From the IMG/VR virus record IMGVR_UViG_3300029101_000001: a stretch of 64,000 bases of DNA; one strand, 5' to 3'. Source of the DNA: a virus. The notes beneath the pieces were generated by a model that was not told the origin of the DNA, searched no databases, and saw nothing but the letters and a program-made list of their open reading frames with translations. Position 1 is the first letter of the stretch. Each line of letters opens with the position of its first letter. Shown piece by piece: positions 50,290 to 59,644 of this stretch. The translations under genes and the position numbers were made by a program.

Positions 50290-50664
50290 ATGTACAAACA
50301 AGCGTCTAAAATGAAGTTGCGCTTTGCAACTAGTAAAGGTAATTTGAGTGTGGAAGATTTGTGGGACTTAAGTCTGCCTGCATTGGACAGACTGGCAGTG
50401 TCCTATGACGAAGAATTAGCCAAGAGTCCTAGAAAATCTTTCATAACTAATGATACTCCTAGCAATAGCGAACTGGAGTTAAAGTTCAACATTGTGAAAG
50501 ATGTTATCACTGATAAGCTGAAAGACAAGGCCGCTAGAGAAGCAGCTAAAGATAAGGCAGCTGAGAAGGCACGCCTGACTGAACTGCTGGCTAAGAAACA
50601 GTCCGAGAAAATGGAAAGTATGTCCGAAGATGAAATCAGACAACGACTTGCAGAACTCGGATAA
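50290..50664 (+). CDS. hypothetical protein
   Basis: Track ORF. Confidence 0.5.
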   Translation: MYKQASKMKLRFATSKGNLSVEDLWDLSLPALDRLAVSYDEELAKSPRKSFITNDTPSNSELELKFNIVKDVITDKLKDKAAREAAKDKAAEKARLTELLAKKQSEKMESMSEDEIRQRLAELG

Positions 50665-50944
50665 TTGTGTCGTATTGAAAACAGTTAGTCCACAAATCTT
50701 AGATAAACTAAGAGAAAGTGGATTGACTGTTTGTACGTGTTGTGAATTTCCAGGTACAGCCTGGTTAGTATTCAGACCAAATATGCCTACATCGGATATT
50801 CACGGTGAGGGGTATGACTTTGAAGAGATAGGACTTTTTGGAACGGAGGCCGTTCTCAAATACTTCGAAGCTAACACTCCGAATTATGTAGATTGCGGAA
50901 CTGATGTTGATAAATTTATTAACATTTGTTTGCAGTTTAAATAA
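50630..50944 (+). CDS. hypothetical protein
   Basis: Track ORF. Confidence 0.4.
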   Translation: MKSDNDLQNSDNCVVLKTVSPQILDKLRESGLTVCTCCEFPGTAWLVFRPNMPTSDIHGEGYDFEEIGLFGTEAVLKYFEANTPNYVDCGTDVDKFINICLQFK

Positions 50945-51030
50945 GTTAACGGTTTTTAACTTTGAATTTAACACTTGTACTGTTATTATAGTAAGTTGGT
51001 TAGCGGTACGTGAGTATAGCTAATCACTAT

Positions 51031-51116
51031 GCCCGAATGGTGGAATTGGCAGACACGTCAGATTTAAGCTCTGATGCCCAGTAATGGGCGTGTGGGTTCG
51101 AGTCCCACTTCGGGTA
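51031..51116 (+). tRNA. tRNA-Leu (UAA), class II
   Basis: ucaga uuUAAgc ucuga. Long variable arm. T-arm guggg uucgagu cccac. Confidence 0.8.
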
Positions 51117-51307
51117 CTAATTTAATATCAATAATATGGAAAGATATATAGAAGAACTTATTGAAATATATAGAAAAAATACTCTAAAGTCAGATGAAGA
51201 ATTAGAATCTCTGAAGAGTTTACTTAGAAATGTTCATCGTGATGGATTTATAGCAGGAGAAGAATCAATAATTAATGTTGTGGATAAACTAACAAAACGT
51301 AACTAAT

Positions 51308-52219
51308 ATGAACAGTGTATTTTTTGGAAATGAAGGGTTGACTTCTACGTCAGCAAACTTCTATGCGAACATCGCACAAGAAATGATTCAAGCAGCACAG
51401 GAACGCTTGAATAATGTGAAATTCTTTCAAGTATCTGTAGCCTCTATCGGTGGAGGAGAAAAGCAGTTAATGACAGTAGGACAAAAGTCCCTTGACTTTA
51501 TAAAAGATGATTTGGAAAAGGTCGCTGCCATGAATAGTTTTTGTGCTTGGGTACGAGAAGCTATTAAAGAGAAAGAAGGAATGATTGGCAAAGTATCTGC
51601 TACTATGCTTGATGATTGGGCAGAAAGTCAGGGAATAGGACTGCCAGAGCAGCCTAAGTATCCAGAAGCTCTACCTTCTCCGACTGAAGAGACTATCATA
51701 AAGTCGTGGGATATTAACAAGAGAAATAAATTCCTAAGATTAGAGGCGTTTGCTTCTACCTATGGAAAGTATATTCATCCAAAAGGAGCCTTTAGTAAAG
51801 CACGAAAAGAAGTTCATGCAGCTGAGAATTGTCCTATCTATAAGGAAGGCTCTGGAAGAGATTTAATTCTCTACTACCAAGACCCTACCATCGAAGTAGA
51901 AAAAGTGGACAATATGTTCATGTCTCTTCAAGACACCTATCGTTCTTACGAGAAGGAGTTAAATGCTCTTAAAGCTGAGCTTAAGGAGGAGGTTAATAAA
52001 CTTTCTAACACTCAAGAACAAGAGTATCGTGAGAAAATGGCTGAATTTAAAGCAAAATACGACAAATATACCTCCGAATTAGGAGAGTTGAGAAGTCGTT
52101 TCAATAGTTGGAAAACTTCTGAAATGGAACGTATTTCCAAACTAAAAATCGCTTTGCCTAAGAATCTTTTAGATATTTTCGAAGAGATTAGGAGACAAGG
52201 CGACTCTTCCTCTAAGTAA
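51308..52219 (+). CDS. hypothetical protein with C-terminal coiled coil
   Basis: Track ORF 303 aa. Confidence 0.55.
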   Translation: MNSVFFGNEGLTSTSANFYANIAQEMIQAAQERLNNVKFFQVSVASIGGGEKQLMTVGQKSLDFIKDDLEKVAAMNSFCAWVREAIKEKEGMIGKVSATMLDDWAESQGIGLPEQPKYPEALPSPTEETIIKSWDINKRNKFLRLEAFASTYGKYIHPKGAFSKARKEVHAAENCPIYKEGSGRDLILYYQDPTIEVEKVDNMFMSLQDTYRSYEKELNALKAELKEEVNKLSNTQEQEYREKMAEFKAKYDKYTSELGELRSRFNSWKTSEMERISKLKIALPKNLLDIFEEIRRQGDSSSK

Positions 52220-52224
52220 TTAGA

Positions 52225-52653
52225 GGACTTCCGTAGGAAGCTAACATAACATACTTAACAGGAATAATTATGAACAGTATATTCTTAAATCCGCATGGAT
52301 TTAATCTTTATTCGCTGGCTACACAAAAATTTACAACCTACTCTCTAATTGAGAGTCTTTGTCTTAGTCTTTGTTAGTGTAGCTAGGTCTTTGACTACGG
52401 CTTCATCTTTGCCTGCGCGTTAGCTTCCTACATAGCTCGTCAACCACGTGTTGAAGGAGTTACGGAATCCCTTCGGGATTCTAGCCTTTTGCTTCAGTTA
52501 CAAGTAATCTTTAAACTTGGTGACTATTATCCCAAATTCTCAACAAGATGAAGAGGGAGGTTGACCAACCTAATAATGGTACAAGCTCTTCGGAGTGATA
52601 GGAGTGGGGAAAGTATCTGGTGAAGCACAGATACTGGAACCACTCTTTTTTTT
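52225..52653 (+). ncRNA. candidate structured non-coding RNA ending in an intrinsic terminator (52603-52653)
   Basis: About 430 nt without ORFs on either strand. Multiple local hairpins (gaaucccuucgggauuc). Terminal nested stem gagugg...ccacuc followed by T8. Confidence 0.35.
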
Positions 52654-52692
52654 GATAGATAAAATGATTATTAACTAATTTAAATTAAGAAA

Positions 52693-52867
52693 AATGAAGA
52701 AAGTACTATTGCTTTTCGGAATGGTTGCACTGATGTCTGCTTGTGCAGGTAATACAAAGACTCAGGCTCCAGAAAACGATTCTATCGCAATCGTTAAAGA
52801 AGTTGCTGACACAATGAGTGTAGACACTCTAGGTGTGGATAGTCTTGTAATTGATAGTATTCAGTAA
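52693..52867 (+). CDS. small lipoprotein (about 58 aa), coordinates about plus or minus 1 nt
   Basis: MKKVLLLFGMVALMSACAGN lipobox. Confidence 0.35.
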
Positions 52868-52868
52868 T

Positions 52869-53192
52869 ATGGATTTTATCGCAACCAGAGTCAATGAACT
52901 CTTAAGTAGGGTATCTCCTATTAAGCGATGGCTTATTTCTGATGTTGCGAATGAATACTATCGAGCAGGATATCAAGATGGTCAGAAACTAGTCTACAGA
53001 AATGTGTTAAAGGGAAGCGCATTGAGAGAGTTTATCGAAATTCTAAATCATTGCGGAATTAAACTTAGTTACAACTTACGTAAGGGTGGGCTACTGGTCA
53101 GTGTAAGAACTGATAAGTTGTCCAACTTACAGAATCTTGTTAATTGTTACAAAAATGAGCAAAACAAAGAGAACAGTCCTGACAAGGGATGA
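52869..53192 (+). CDS. hypothetical protein (start trimmed to MDFIATRV)
   Basis: Track ORF 52851-53192. Confidence 0.4.
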   Translation: MDFIATRVNELLSRVSPIKRWLISDVANEYYRAGYQDGQKLVYRNVLKGSALREFIEILNHCGIKLSYNLRKGGLLVSVRTDKLSNLQNLVNCYKNEQNKENSPDKG

Positions 53193-53535
53193 TTGTCCCC
53201 CATTGGAGGAACAATACAAAAGCATTATGGAGAACTTTGATTTTGATAAGGTTCTGGAGTATATGCAGTGGGACAAGAGTCATAGAGAATATGATGACGA
53301 GGGTCGCTGTATAGGCAAAAGTACATGGAAAATGTATGTAGGTCCGAACGAACACAGAGTTCCCACTCTTTACGAACTATCCAGAAATGCTAGCGTACTA
53401 CTAAGAGAAGTAATGAAGCTGTACAATGACAACAAAAGTCCTTATCTTTCTATAGCTACTGGACCATTCAAGGTTATTTGCAGATATGGGATGCTGGAAC
53501 TTATAGCTTGCCTAGAAACTTGGAGTTATGATTGA
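53137..53535 (+). CDS. hypothetical protein
   Basis: Track ORF. Confidence 0.5.
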   Translation: MLIVTKMSKTKRTVLTRDDCPPLEEQYKSIMENFDFDKVLEYMQWDKSHREYDDEGRCIGKSTWKMYVGPNEHRVPTLYELSRNASVLLREVMKLYNDNKSPYLSIATGPFKVICRYGMLELIACLETWSYD

Positions 53536-53941
53536 ATTTAATCAGATTTTTTGTGAGGATTTGAAAGATGATTTCGAGGAAGCTGGTAGGCATGAGAGAA
53601 ATTTCGAGTTAGACGAGTTTATTCAGAAGGATTTAAGTAGAGCATTTGCGTTTGGTTATTGTCATTTAGACTGGATAAAGGAGAAAATGTGGTTTCCTGT
53701 TCCTATTAGGAAGGCTTTACGGCATTTAGGAGACGACCTAGAAGATTTTGCTCCTCAGCTTAAATGGCTTAACGAAAAATATGGTGCTATAGGAAAGAGA
53801 GTTAGAATTGTTGATTATGCAAACTATATTTTAGATAATATATTTTGTGACAATCAAGACGATTTGCTAAAGATAGCAATATTACTCGGAACTAACATGA
53901 GAGTAAATACTGCTGATGAGCAGGCTAGAAGTGTTCACTGA
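53528..53941 (+). CDS. hypothetical protein
   Basis: Track ORF. Confidence 0.5.
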   Translation: MIEFNQIFCEDLKDDFEEAGRHERNFELDEFIQKDLSRAFAFGYCHLDWIKEKMWFPVPIRKALRHLGDDLEDFAPQLKWLNEKYGAIGKRVRIVDYANYILDNIFCDNQDDLLKIAILLGTNMRVNTADEQARSVH

Positions 53942-54359
53942 TGGAGCTTTTAGCTCGTCTAGAGACACAGGAGGAGTAGGAGTTGTATTCGTAATTGATG
54001 GGGAAAAAGCCTATGAATTTAGTAAGATGATTCCTAATACTACTAATAATAAATGTGAGTTGTTAGCAGTAATTTATGCTCTAAATGCAGTAAGTCGTAA
54101 AATCGAATCTCTGACTATTTACTCAGATTCTCAGTACGTCATAGGATGTGCTACTAAAGGATGGAAAAGAAAGAAGAATGTAGAGTTATGGAATTTATAC
54201 GACAAGGTCTTAAATAAGGCAAAGCAATTTTGTCCTAATATAGACTTTTGTTGGGTGAAAGGACATACTTCAAGTTCAGACTTCTTTTCTCAGATGAATA
54301 ATCTCGCAGATAAATTAGCAGTTGAAGCAAGTCAGGAATATGAAACTAAGAAAGAATAA
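53916..54359 (+). CDS. rnhA: ribonuclease H
   Basis: VFTDGA...GVGVV...CELLAVIYAL...IYSDSQYVI...WVKGH...ADKLA matches the RNase HI catalytic layout. Confidence 0.65.
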   Translation: MSRLEVFTDGAFSSSRDTGGVGVVFVIDGEKAYEFSKMIPNTTNNKCELLAVIYALNAVSRKIESLTIYSDSQYVIGCATKGWKRKKNVELWNLYDKVLNKAKQFCPNIDFCWVKGHTSSSDFFSQMNNLADKLAVEASQEYETKKE

Positions 54360-54756
54360 GAATAAGAAACTTATCAAAGAAGCTATGAAGTTTTATCCAT
54401 TCGATTATGGATTTGTTCTCTCTTTAGAGAAACAAGCCCTAATTAGAATGTATGAATACTTTAAGGTATCTAGAATTGCGGAAGGCAATGAACGTGTCGA
54501 AAAAGAGCTAAATCTAGCACTAAAGCTATTAGATATTGTGCTAGAAATAGATTCTGCGTATCACCATGACTTTAGACCTGGGTCAAAGGGATTTGTAGAT
54601 AGACACATAAATACTAAAAATTGGAATCGATTCCACTCTAAGGCTGCTGATCTCGATTGGAATACCCCAATCCTTAAAGATTATCTGAGAAGAGAAAAAG
54701 CCTGGTACTTATACAACAAACTAAAGTTTGAACGTATGAGGTCTTGGTGGGATTAA
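54322..54756 (+). CDS. hypothetical protein
   Basis: Track ORF. Confidence 0.45.
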   Translation: MKQVRNMKLRKNKNKKLIKEAMKFYPFDYGFVLSLEKQALIRMYEYFKVSRIAEGNERVEKELNLALKLLDIVLEIDSAYHHDFRPGSKGFVDRHINTKNWNRFHSKAADLDWNTPILKDYLRREKAWYLYNKLKFERMRSWWD

Positions 54757-54772
54757 TTTAATTAATAGAATT

Positions 54773-55789
54773 ATGAAGAAAATTTTTAGTATTATTTGTT
54801 TGTGTTTAATGTGCGTGTTTGCTAGCGCACAAGTTGTTGAAACTGGAAGTTTGAAAGATAACTGGTATGTTTCTGGTAATGTAGGTACTACAATTTGGGA
54901 CAACTCAAGAAGTTGGGCTGAACCTCGTGATGTATTAGTAAATATTGCGGTGGGTAAAGAAATTACTCCTATCTTTGGACTAGAGTTAGATATGATGGCA
55001 GGTATGAATCAAGGCAGTGAAACGTTCTTCGATTCCCATAACCTTACAGCTAATGTAACTACTAATCTAACTAATCTTATTTGTGGATACGAAGGCTCTA
55101 GACGTTTATTTGAGCCTGTATTACTGATAGGTGCTGGTTGGTATCATACTTATGGTGATGTTTATAATAATGTATCTGCAAGAGGTGCAATTAGATGCAA
55201 CTTTAATATTACTGATAGTTGGGCACTAAATGTTACTCCAGAGTATATGCTACTTCCAAAGACTACTCCTCTAAATCATGAAGTAAATGTTTATATAGGA
55301 GCCACTTACCGGTTTAAGTCTAATAAAGGAAACTTTCCTATGATGAAACTATATAGTGACGCTGAAGTAGAAAGTCTTAATGCTGCTATTAACGAGTTGA
55401 GGGTTAAGAATAGCGAATTGGAATCTCGTAAACCAGTAGAAATAATTAAGACTGATACTATAGTAGTTACTAAGGTAGAACTTCTTACACCTAAAATTCA
55501 GTTTTTACAGAACTCTTCTGAAATCTCTACAACTTCTAATGTTGCAGTATCGGAGTTAGCAGCTTATATTTCAAATAGTGGTAAGTCATATATGATTGAA
55601 GGATATGCTTCTGAAGAAGGTCCAGTAGATTTTAATGACAACTTAGCTGTAGCTAGAGCAGAATCTATGAAGAAGGCCCTTATCAGTTATGGCGCTCCAG
55701 AGGATAAGCTTATAGTTAAAGGCTGCGGAAGCACTACTGAGTTTGGAGATAGAGAATTTAACAGAATCGTAATCGTAACAGAACAATGA
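54773..55789 (+). CDS. OmpA-family outer-membrane protein (signal peptide, putative beta-barrel, C-terminal OmpA-like domain)
   Basis: Signal CLMCVFASAQ. C-terminal MIEGYASEEGPVDFNDNLAVARAESMKKALISYG OmpA-like peptidoglycan-binding motif. Confidence 0.55.
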   Translation: MKKIFSIICLCLMCVFASAQVVETGSLKDNWYVSGNVGTTIWDNSRSWAEPRDVLVNIAVGKEITPIFGLELDMMAGMNQGSETFFDSHNLTANVTTNLTNLICGYEGSRRLFEPVLLIGAGWYHTYGDVYNNVSARGAIRCNFNITDSWALNVTPEYMLLPKTTPLNHEVNVYIGATYRFKSNKGNFPMMKLYSDAEVESLNAAINELRVKNSELESRKPVEIIKTDTIVVTKVELLTPKIQFLQNSSEISTTSNVAVSELAAYISNSGKSYMIEGYASEEGPVDFNDNLAVARAESMKKALISYGAPEDKLIVKGCGSTTEFGDREFNRIVIVTEQ

Positions 55790-56054
55790 AATACAAGAAA
55801 AAAGTAAAATGGTTAAAGGATAAACAGGCATGGTGGGATAAGCAGGGAAAAGATTTCCAAGCTGCAACCACTAGACCTGGTTCCGTTAAAACTCGATAAT
55901 CTATGTTAGCTATTATACTAGCAATAGTCTTGATAATCGCCTTTATTTATTACGACCCATATGTAGATATTACAGAGGATAATGTCTTATTATGGTATAA
56001 TGGTAAGGGATATAGGGAATACATTATTCTGTGGTCCAGAAATACTAATTAAGT

Positions 56055-56369
56055 ATGGACGTAAAGATTATGTTGATAAGTGATTGTATAGGAGTTGTGC
56101 TCTATGCGCTCCTATACTATACACTTTATCATACCTATGAACTAGATTATTTAGGTTCTGGAAGGTGGAGAAGGTGGAGAAGAATATCTGTGCCTGGTTG
56201 GGCTGTAGTTATAGCCCTAGTGAGCCTATGTCTTCCTCCTGTAGCTGTCTCGCTTTCTATAGTAAGCTGGATTATATATATGCTTAAGTTTCTCGGCGAT
56301 AAATATTACGAGGTAGACGTTTCTTTTATTAAGTTTTTATCAAACTCAATACATGACACGAATATTTAA
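56055..56369 (+). CDS. small membrane protein
   Basis: Track ORF with multiple hydrophobic segments. Confidence 0.4.
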   Translation: MDVKIMLISDCIGVVLYALLYYTLYHTYELDYLGSGRWRRWRRISVPGWAVVIALVSLCLPPVAVSLSIVSWIIYMLKFLGDKYYEVDVSFIKFLSNSIHDTNI

Positions 56370-56865
56370 ACATCTAATTAGGATTATTAAGCATAAATAC
56401 TGGGTAGCACGCTATTGTTTCCAGTTAGGTCTTTATTGGCAGGGAATAGTACATGACTGGTCTAAGTTTAGCTATACTGAATTTAGTAGGTCAATAAAGT
56501 ATTGGGACGATACTATTAGTCCTCTAGCTAATGAGAAAAACATACACGGATATTCTGAAACCTTCCTACATCATCGAGGAAGAAATCCACATCACTATGA
56601 ATATTGGGTTCATAGTTTAGATGAAGGAGGAGTTCCAGCGAAAATGCCAAGAAAATATGCTTTGGAATTAGTCTGTGATTATCTGGCTGCTGGGAGAACC
56701 TATAATAAAGATTTTACCTATGGGAGTGAGTACAACTGGTGGATTAAATTTCTAAGTTCACCTAGAGCTATACATCCCGAAACCAAGGACTTCGTAACTA
56801 AATGCTTTAGGCATTTGAGTGCCGGAGGTAATATTAAATATTTATTGAAAATTGACTATGAGTAA
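56353..56865 (+). CDS. hypothetical protein
   Basis: Track ORF. Confidence 0.5.
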   Translation: MTRIFKHLIRIIKHKYWVARYCFQLGLYWQGIVHDWSKFSYTEFSRSIKYWDDTISPLANEKNIHGYSETFLHHRGRNPHHYEYWVHSLDEGGVPAKMPRKYALELVCDYLAAGRTYNKDFTYGSEYNWWIKFLSSPRAIHPETKDFVTKCFRHLSAGGNIKYLLKIDYE

Positions 56866-57676
56866 GATAATAGGGCAAGACAAGTTAATTAAGGAAGTTA
56901 ATAGAATATTTCAGGTATTTGTAAATAGTAATTGCAAGATAAGACCGCACTTTATTCTTACAGGTGAGAGCGGGTCTGGTAAGAGCTTTACTATTAAACA
57001 GTTATGTGATATGAATGAACTTAGCTTTCTAGAAGTTAATGCAGCTCAAATAACTAAAGAGGGTATTTCTGGAAATAGTTTAAGCAAAATTCTATCTCCA
57101 CTTGTTAACTATAGTCACACACCTATTGTAGTCTTCGTAGACGAGTTTGATAAACTTTTCATCAACGGAAACACTAATAGCCAACTGGCTAATGAATCTA
57201 CTGCCAGTGTACAGAACGAGTTTCTCAAACTTTTAGAGTCTGATACTACTAGTGTTTTTGGCGATTATGGGAAGTACATATCAGTCCCTATTGATAATGT
57301 ACTATTTGTGTTTGCTGGAGCATTCAATAATGAGCCTCACATTACATTAGATAGACTAAGAGACTTTGGAGTTAAAACAGAGTTTCTTGGAAGAGTAGGA
57401 TTAATCTACAATACTAAACCTCTCACTCTAGAGGATTTGTATTCTATCTTGGAGTGTTCAGACTTGTTGCAGAATTATCTTGACTTATTCTTTAATGTAA
57501 ATAGAGAACAAGTCATTAGTGATTTGAAAGGGTATCTCGAAAGTTCTTTTCGCAATAATACTCTTGGAGCAAGAACAATTAATACTCTTATTCACCAATA
57601 CTTTATCAAAGGTGGAAAACTCGAAACTGAAGAAGTAAAAGAAATAACTTTTAACAAAAAATTAGAATGGAAATAA
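56852..57676 (+). CDS. AAA-type ATPase
   Basis: Walker A GESGSGKS and Walker B VVFVDEFDK. Confidence 0.55.
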   Translation: MTMSKIIGQDKLIKEVNRIFQVFVNSNCKIRPHFILTGESGSGKSFTIKQLCDMNELSFLEVNAAQITKEGISGNSLSKILSPLVNYSHTPIVVFVDEFDKLFINGNTNSQLANESTASVQNEFLKLLESDTTSVFGDYGKYISVPIDNVLFVFAGAFNNEPHITLDRLRDFGVKTEFLGRVGLIYNTKPLTLEDLYSILECSDLLQNYLDLFFNVNREQVISDLKGYLESSFRNNTLGARTINTLIHQYFIKGGKLETEEVKEITFNKKLEWK

Positions 57677-59217
57677 TTAATGCTACAGATGGTTACAAGT
57701 TGGGCCATCACAGAATGTACCCCGAAGGTACTGAACAAGTTTATAGTAACTGGACTCCTAGAAGTAATAAATACTTCCCAGAAGCAACCGAAGGTTCAGT
57801 AGTATTTGGTATTCAATACCTAATCAAAGAATATCTCATTAAACAGTTTGAGAAAAACTTCTTTAATCTACCAAAGAAGGAAGCTGTGGAGATGTTCTAT
57901 CGTAGAGTAAACAACTTTGTTGGTATTGAATCCGTTGGGTACAGACATATTGAAGCTTTATATGACCTTGGGTATCTACCAATTCGCATAAAGGCTCTTC
58001 CTGAAGGTTCTGTGTGCCCTATTCGGGTTCCCATGATGACCATTACAAATACTCTACCCGAGTTCTTTTGGTTAACTAACTACTTAGAGACTATTATCAG
58101 CTGTACCTTGTGGATGCCATGCACATCTGCTACTAGAGCTAGGCTTTATAAGAAAGAGCTACATCGTCATGCTTGCAAGACTGGTTTTCCAACAGATGTA
58201 AATCTTGGTTTTTGTTGTCATGATTTCTCAATGCGAGGTATGGCGGGAATGGAAGCCGCAATTATATCTGGTATGGCGCATATGACTTCTTTTGTGGGAA
58301 GTGAAACTATTCCAGCTATTGCTGCTTTGGAAGAATATTATGGAGCTAATTCAGACGAGGAATTGATTGCTGCTACAGTTCCAGCAACAGAACACTCTGT
58401 AATGTGTGCTGGAGGGGAGGAAGATGAGCTGGGCACTTTCAAACGTCTAATTAATGATTTGTATCCTTCTGGGTTTGTTTCTATTGTATCTGATACTTGG
58501 GATTTCTGGAATGTAATTGAAAATTTCTTGCCCAAGCTGAAGAAAGACATTATGGCTCGTGATGGTAGAGTAGTAATCCGTCCTGATAGTGGAGACCCAG
58601 TAGATATAATCTGCGGGTTGAGAACTAATCCTCACTTCAATACCAGAATGAAAGAAGGTAAGTATTATTGCTGCTATGCTCCGTTTAACGACGATGCAGA
58701 GTATGTTGAAGTGTCCGAAGGTCAATATTATGGGGCATATTATATGCTTGGTAAAATCTTCGGATGGAATACTACTTCAAAGGATTACCGTTATCCTAGC
58801 ACTAAGGTTGGTCTGCTTTATGGAGATTCTATTACTCTGGAACGTCAAAAGCAAATCTACTTGAGATTAGAAAACGCTCATATGGCGGCTTGTAATCTCG
58901 TTCTGGGAGTAGGTTCATATTCCTATCAGTATGCAAGTAGAGATAGTCTTGGGTTTGCTATTAAGGCTACTGCTTGCGTAGTAAATGGCGAATTGAAAGA
59001 AATCTTCAAACATCCTAAAACTGATGATGGTACTAAGAACTCTTTGAAAGGTTTGATTGCTGTCTATAAATGTCTGGATGGGAAGTATACTGCTACCGAC
59101 CAGGTCTCAATCGAGGAGGAAAAAGAGGGATGCTTAGAGACTGTCTTTGAAGATGGTATCTTGAAGAAAGAATATTCTCTTGAAGAAATCAGACAAAGAA
59201 TTGACCATGGACTTTAA
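57667..59217 (+). CDS. nicotinamide phosphoribosyltransferase family protein (NadV/NAMPT-like or the NARP1 Namat-type homologue)
   Basis: TDGYKLGHHRMYPEGT, ALPEGSVCPIRVP, FFWLTNYLETI, VSDTWDFWN, VIRPDSGDPVD align by eye with NAMPT landmarks. Confidence 0.7.
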   Translation: MEIINATDGYKLGHHRMYPEGTEQVYSNWTPRSNKYFPEATEGSVVFGIQYLIKEYLIKQFEKNFFNLPKKEAVEMFYRRVNNFVGIESVGYRHIEALYDLGYLPIRIKALPEGSVCPIRVPMMTITNTLPEFFWLTNYLETIISCTLWMPCTSATRARLYKKELHRHACKTGFPTDVNLGFCCHDFSMRGMAGMEAAIISGMAHMTSFVGSETIPAIAALEEYYGANSDEELIAATVPATEHSVMCAGGEEDELGTFKRLINDLYPSGFVSIVSDTWDFWNVIENFLPKLKKDIMARDGRVVIRPDSGDPVDIICGLRTNPHFNTRMKEGKYYCCYAPFNDDAEYVEVSEGQYYGAYYMLGKIFGWNTTSKDYRYPSTKVGLLYGDSITLERQKQIYLRLENAHMAACNLVLGVGSYSYQYASRDSLGFAIKATACVVNGELKEIFKHPKTDDGTKNSLKGLIAVYKCLDGKYTATDQVSIEEEKEGCLETVFEDGILKKEYSLEEIRQRIDHGL

Positions 59218-59644
59218 TCATCCTTTTGGGAAAGAAGCTTGCAAGAAACGACTATTAGAAGAGTATCATAAATACGGAAAGCTAATAGTCGCTTTCGATT
59301 TTGATAATACTATTTTCGATTACCATAATACTGGCGGAGATTATAGTTGCGTTATAGAACTACTTAAAGAATGCTCACTTCTAGGTTTTGAAATGATTTT
59401 ATTCACCACTGATGAAGATGATTATAAAATTATGGCAAAGCAGACAATTTGTATGCGATTAGGAATAGCAAATATTACTTCTAATACTTTATCTGCTCCA
59501 AACATTAGTAGTTCTATATTCTCTAAATCTAAGAAACCTTATTACAATATCCTCCTAGATGATAGGGCAGGTCTGGAAGAAAGTTATGAAATCTTAAAAT
59601 ATGTAGTAGATGAAATTAAACTTAATCAACAAGGAAATCAGTGA
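59180..59644 (+). CDS. HAD-superfamily hydrolase-like protein
   Basis: IVAFDFDNTIFDYH matches HAD motif I (DxDxT). Real start may be the internal ATG at 59207. Confidence 0.45.
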   Translation: MKKSDKELTMDFNHPFGKEACKKRLLEEYHKYGKLIVAFDFDNTIFDYHNTGGDYSCVIELLKECSLLGFEMILFTTDEDDYKIMAKQTICMRLGIANITSNTLSAPNISSSIFSKSKKPYYNILLDDRAGLEESYEILKYVVDEIKLNQQGNQ

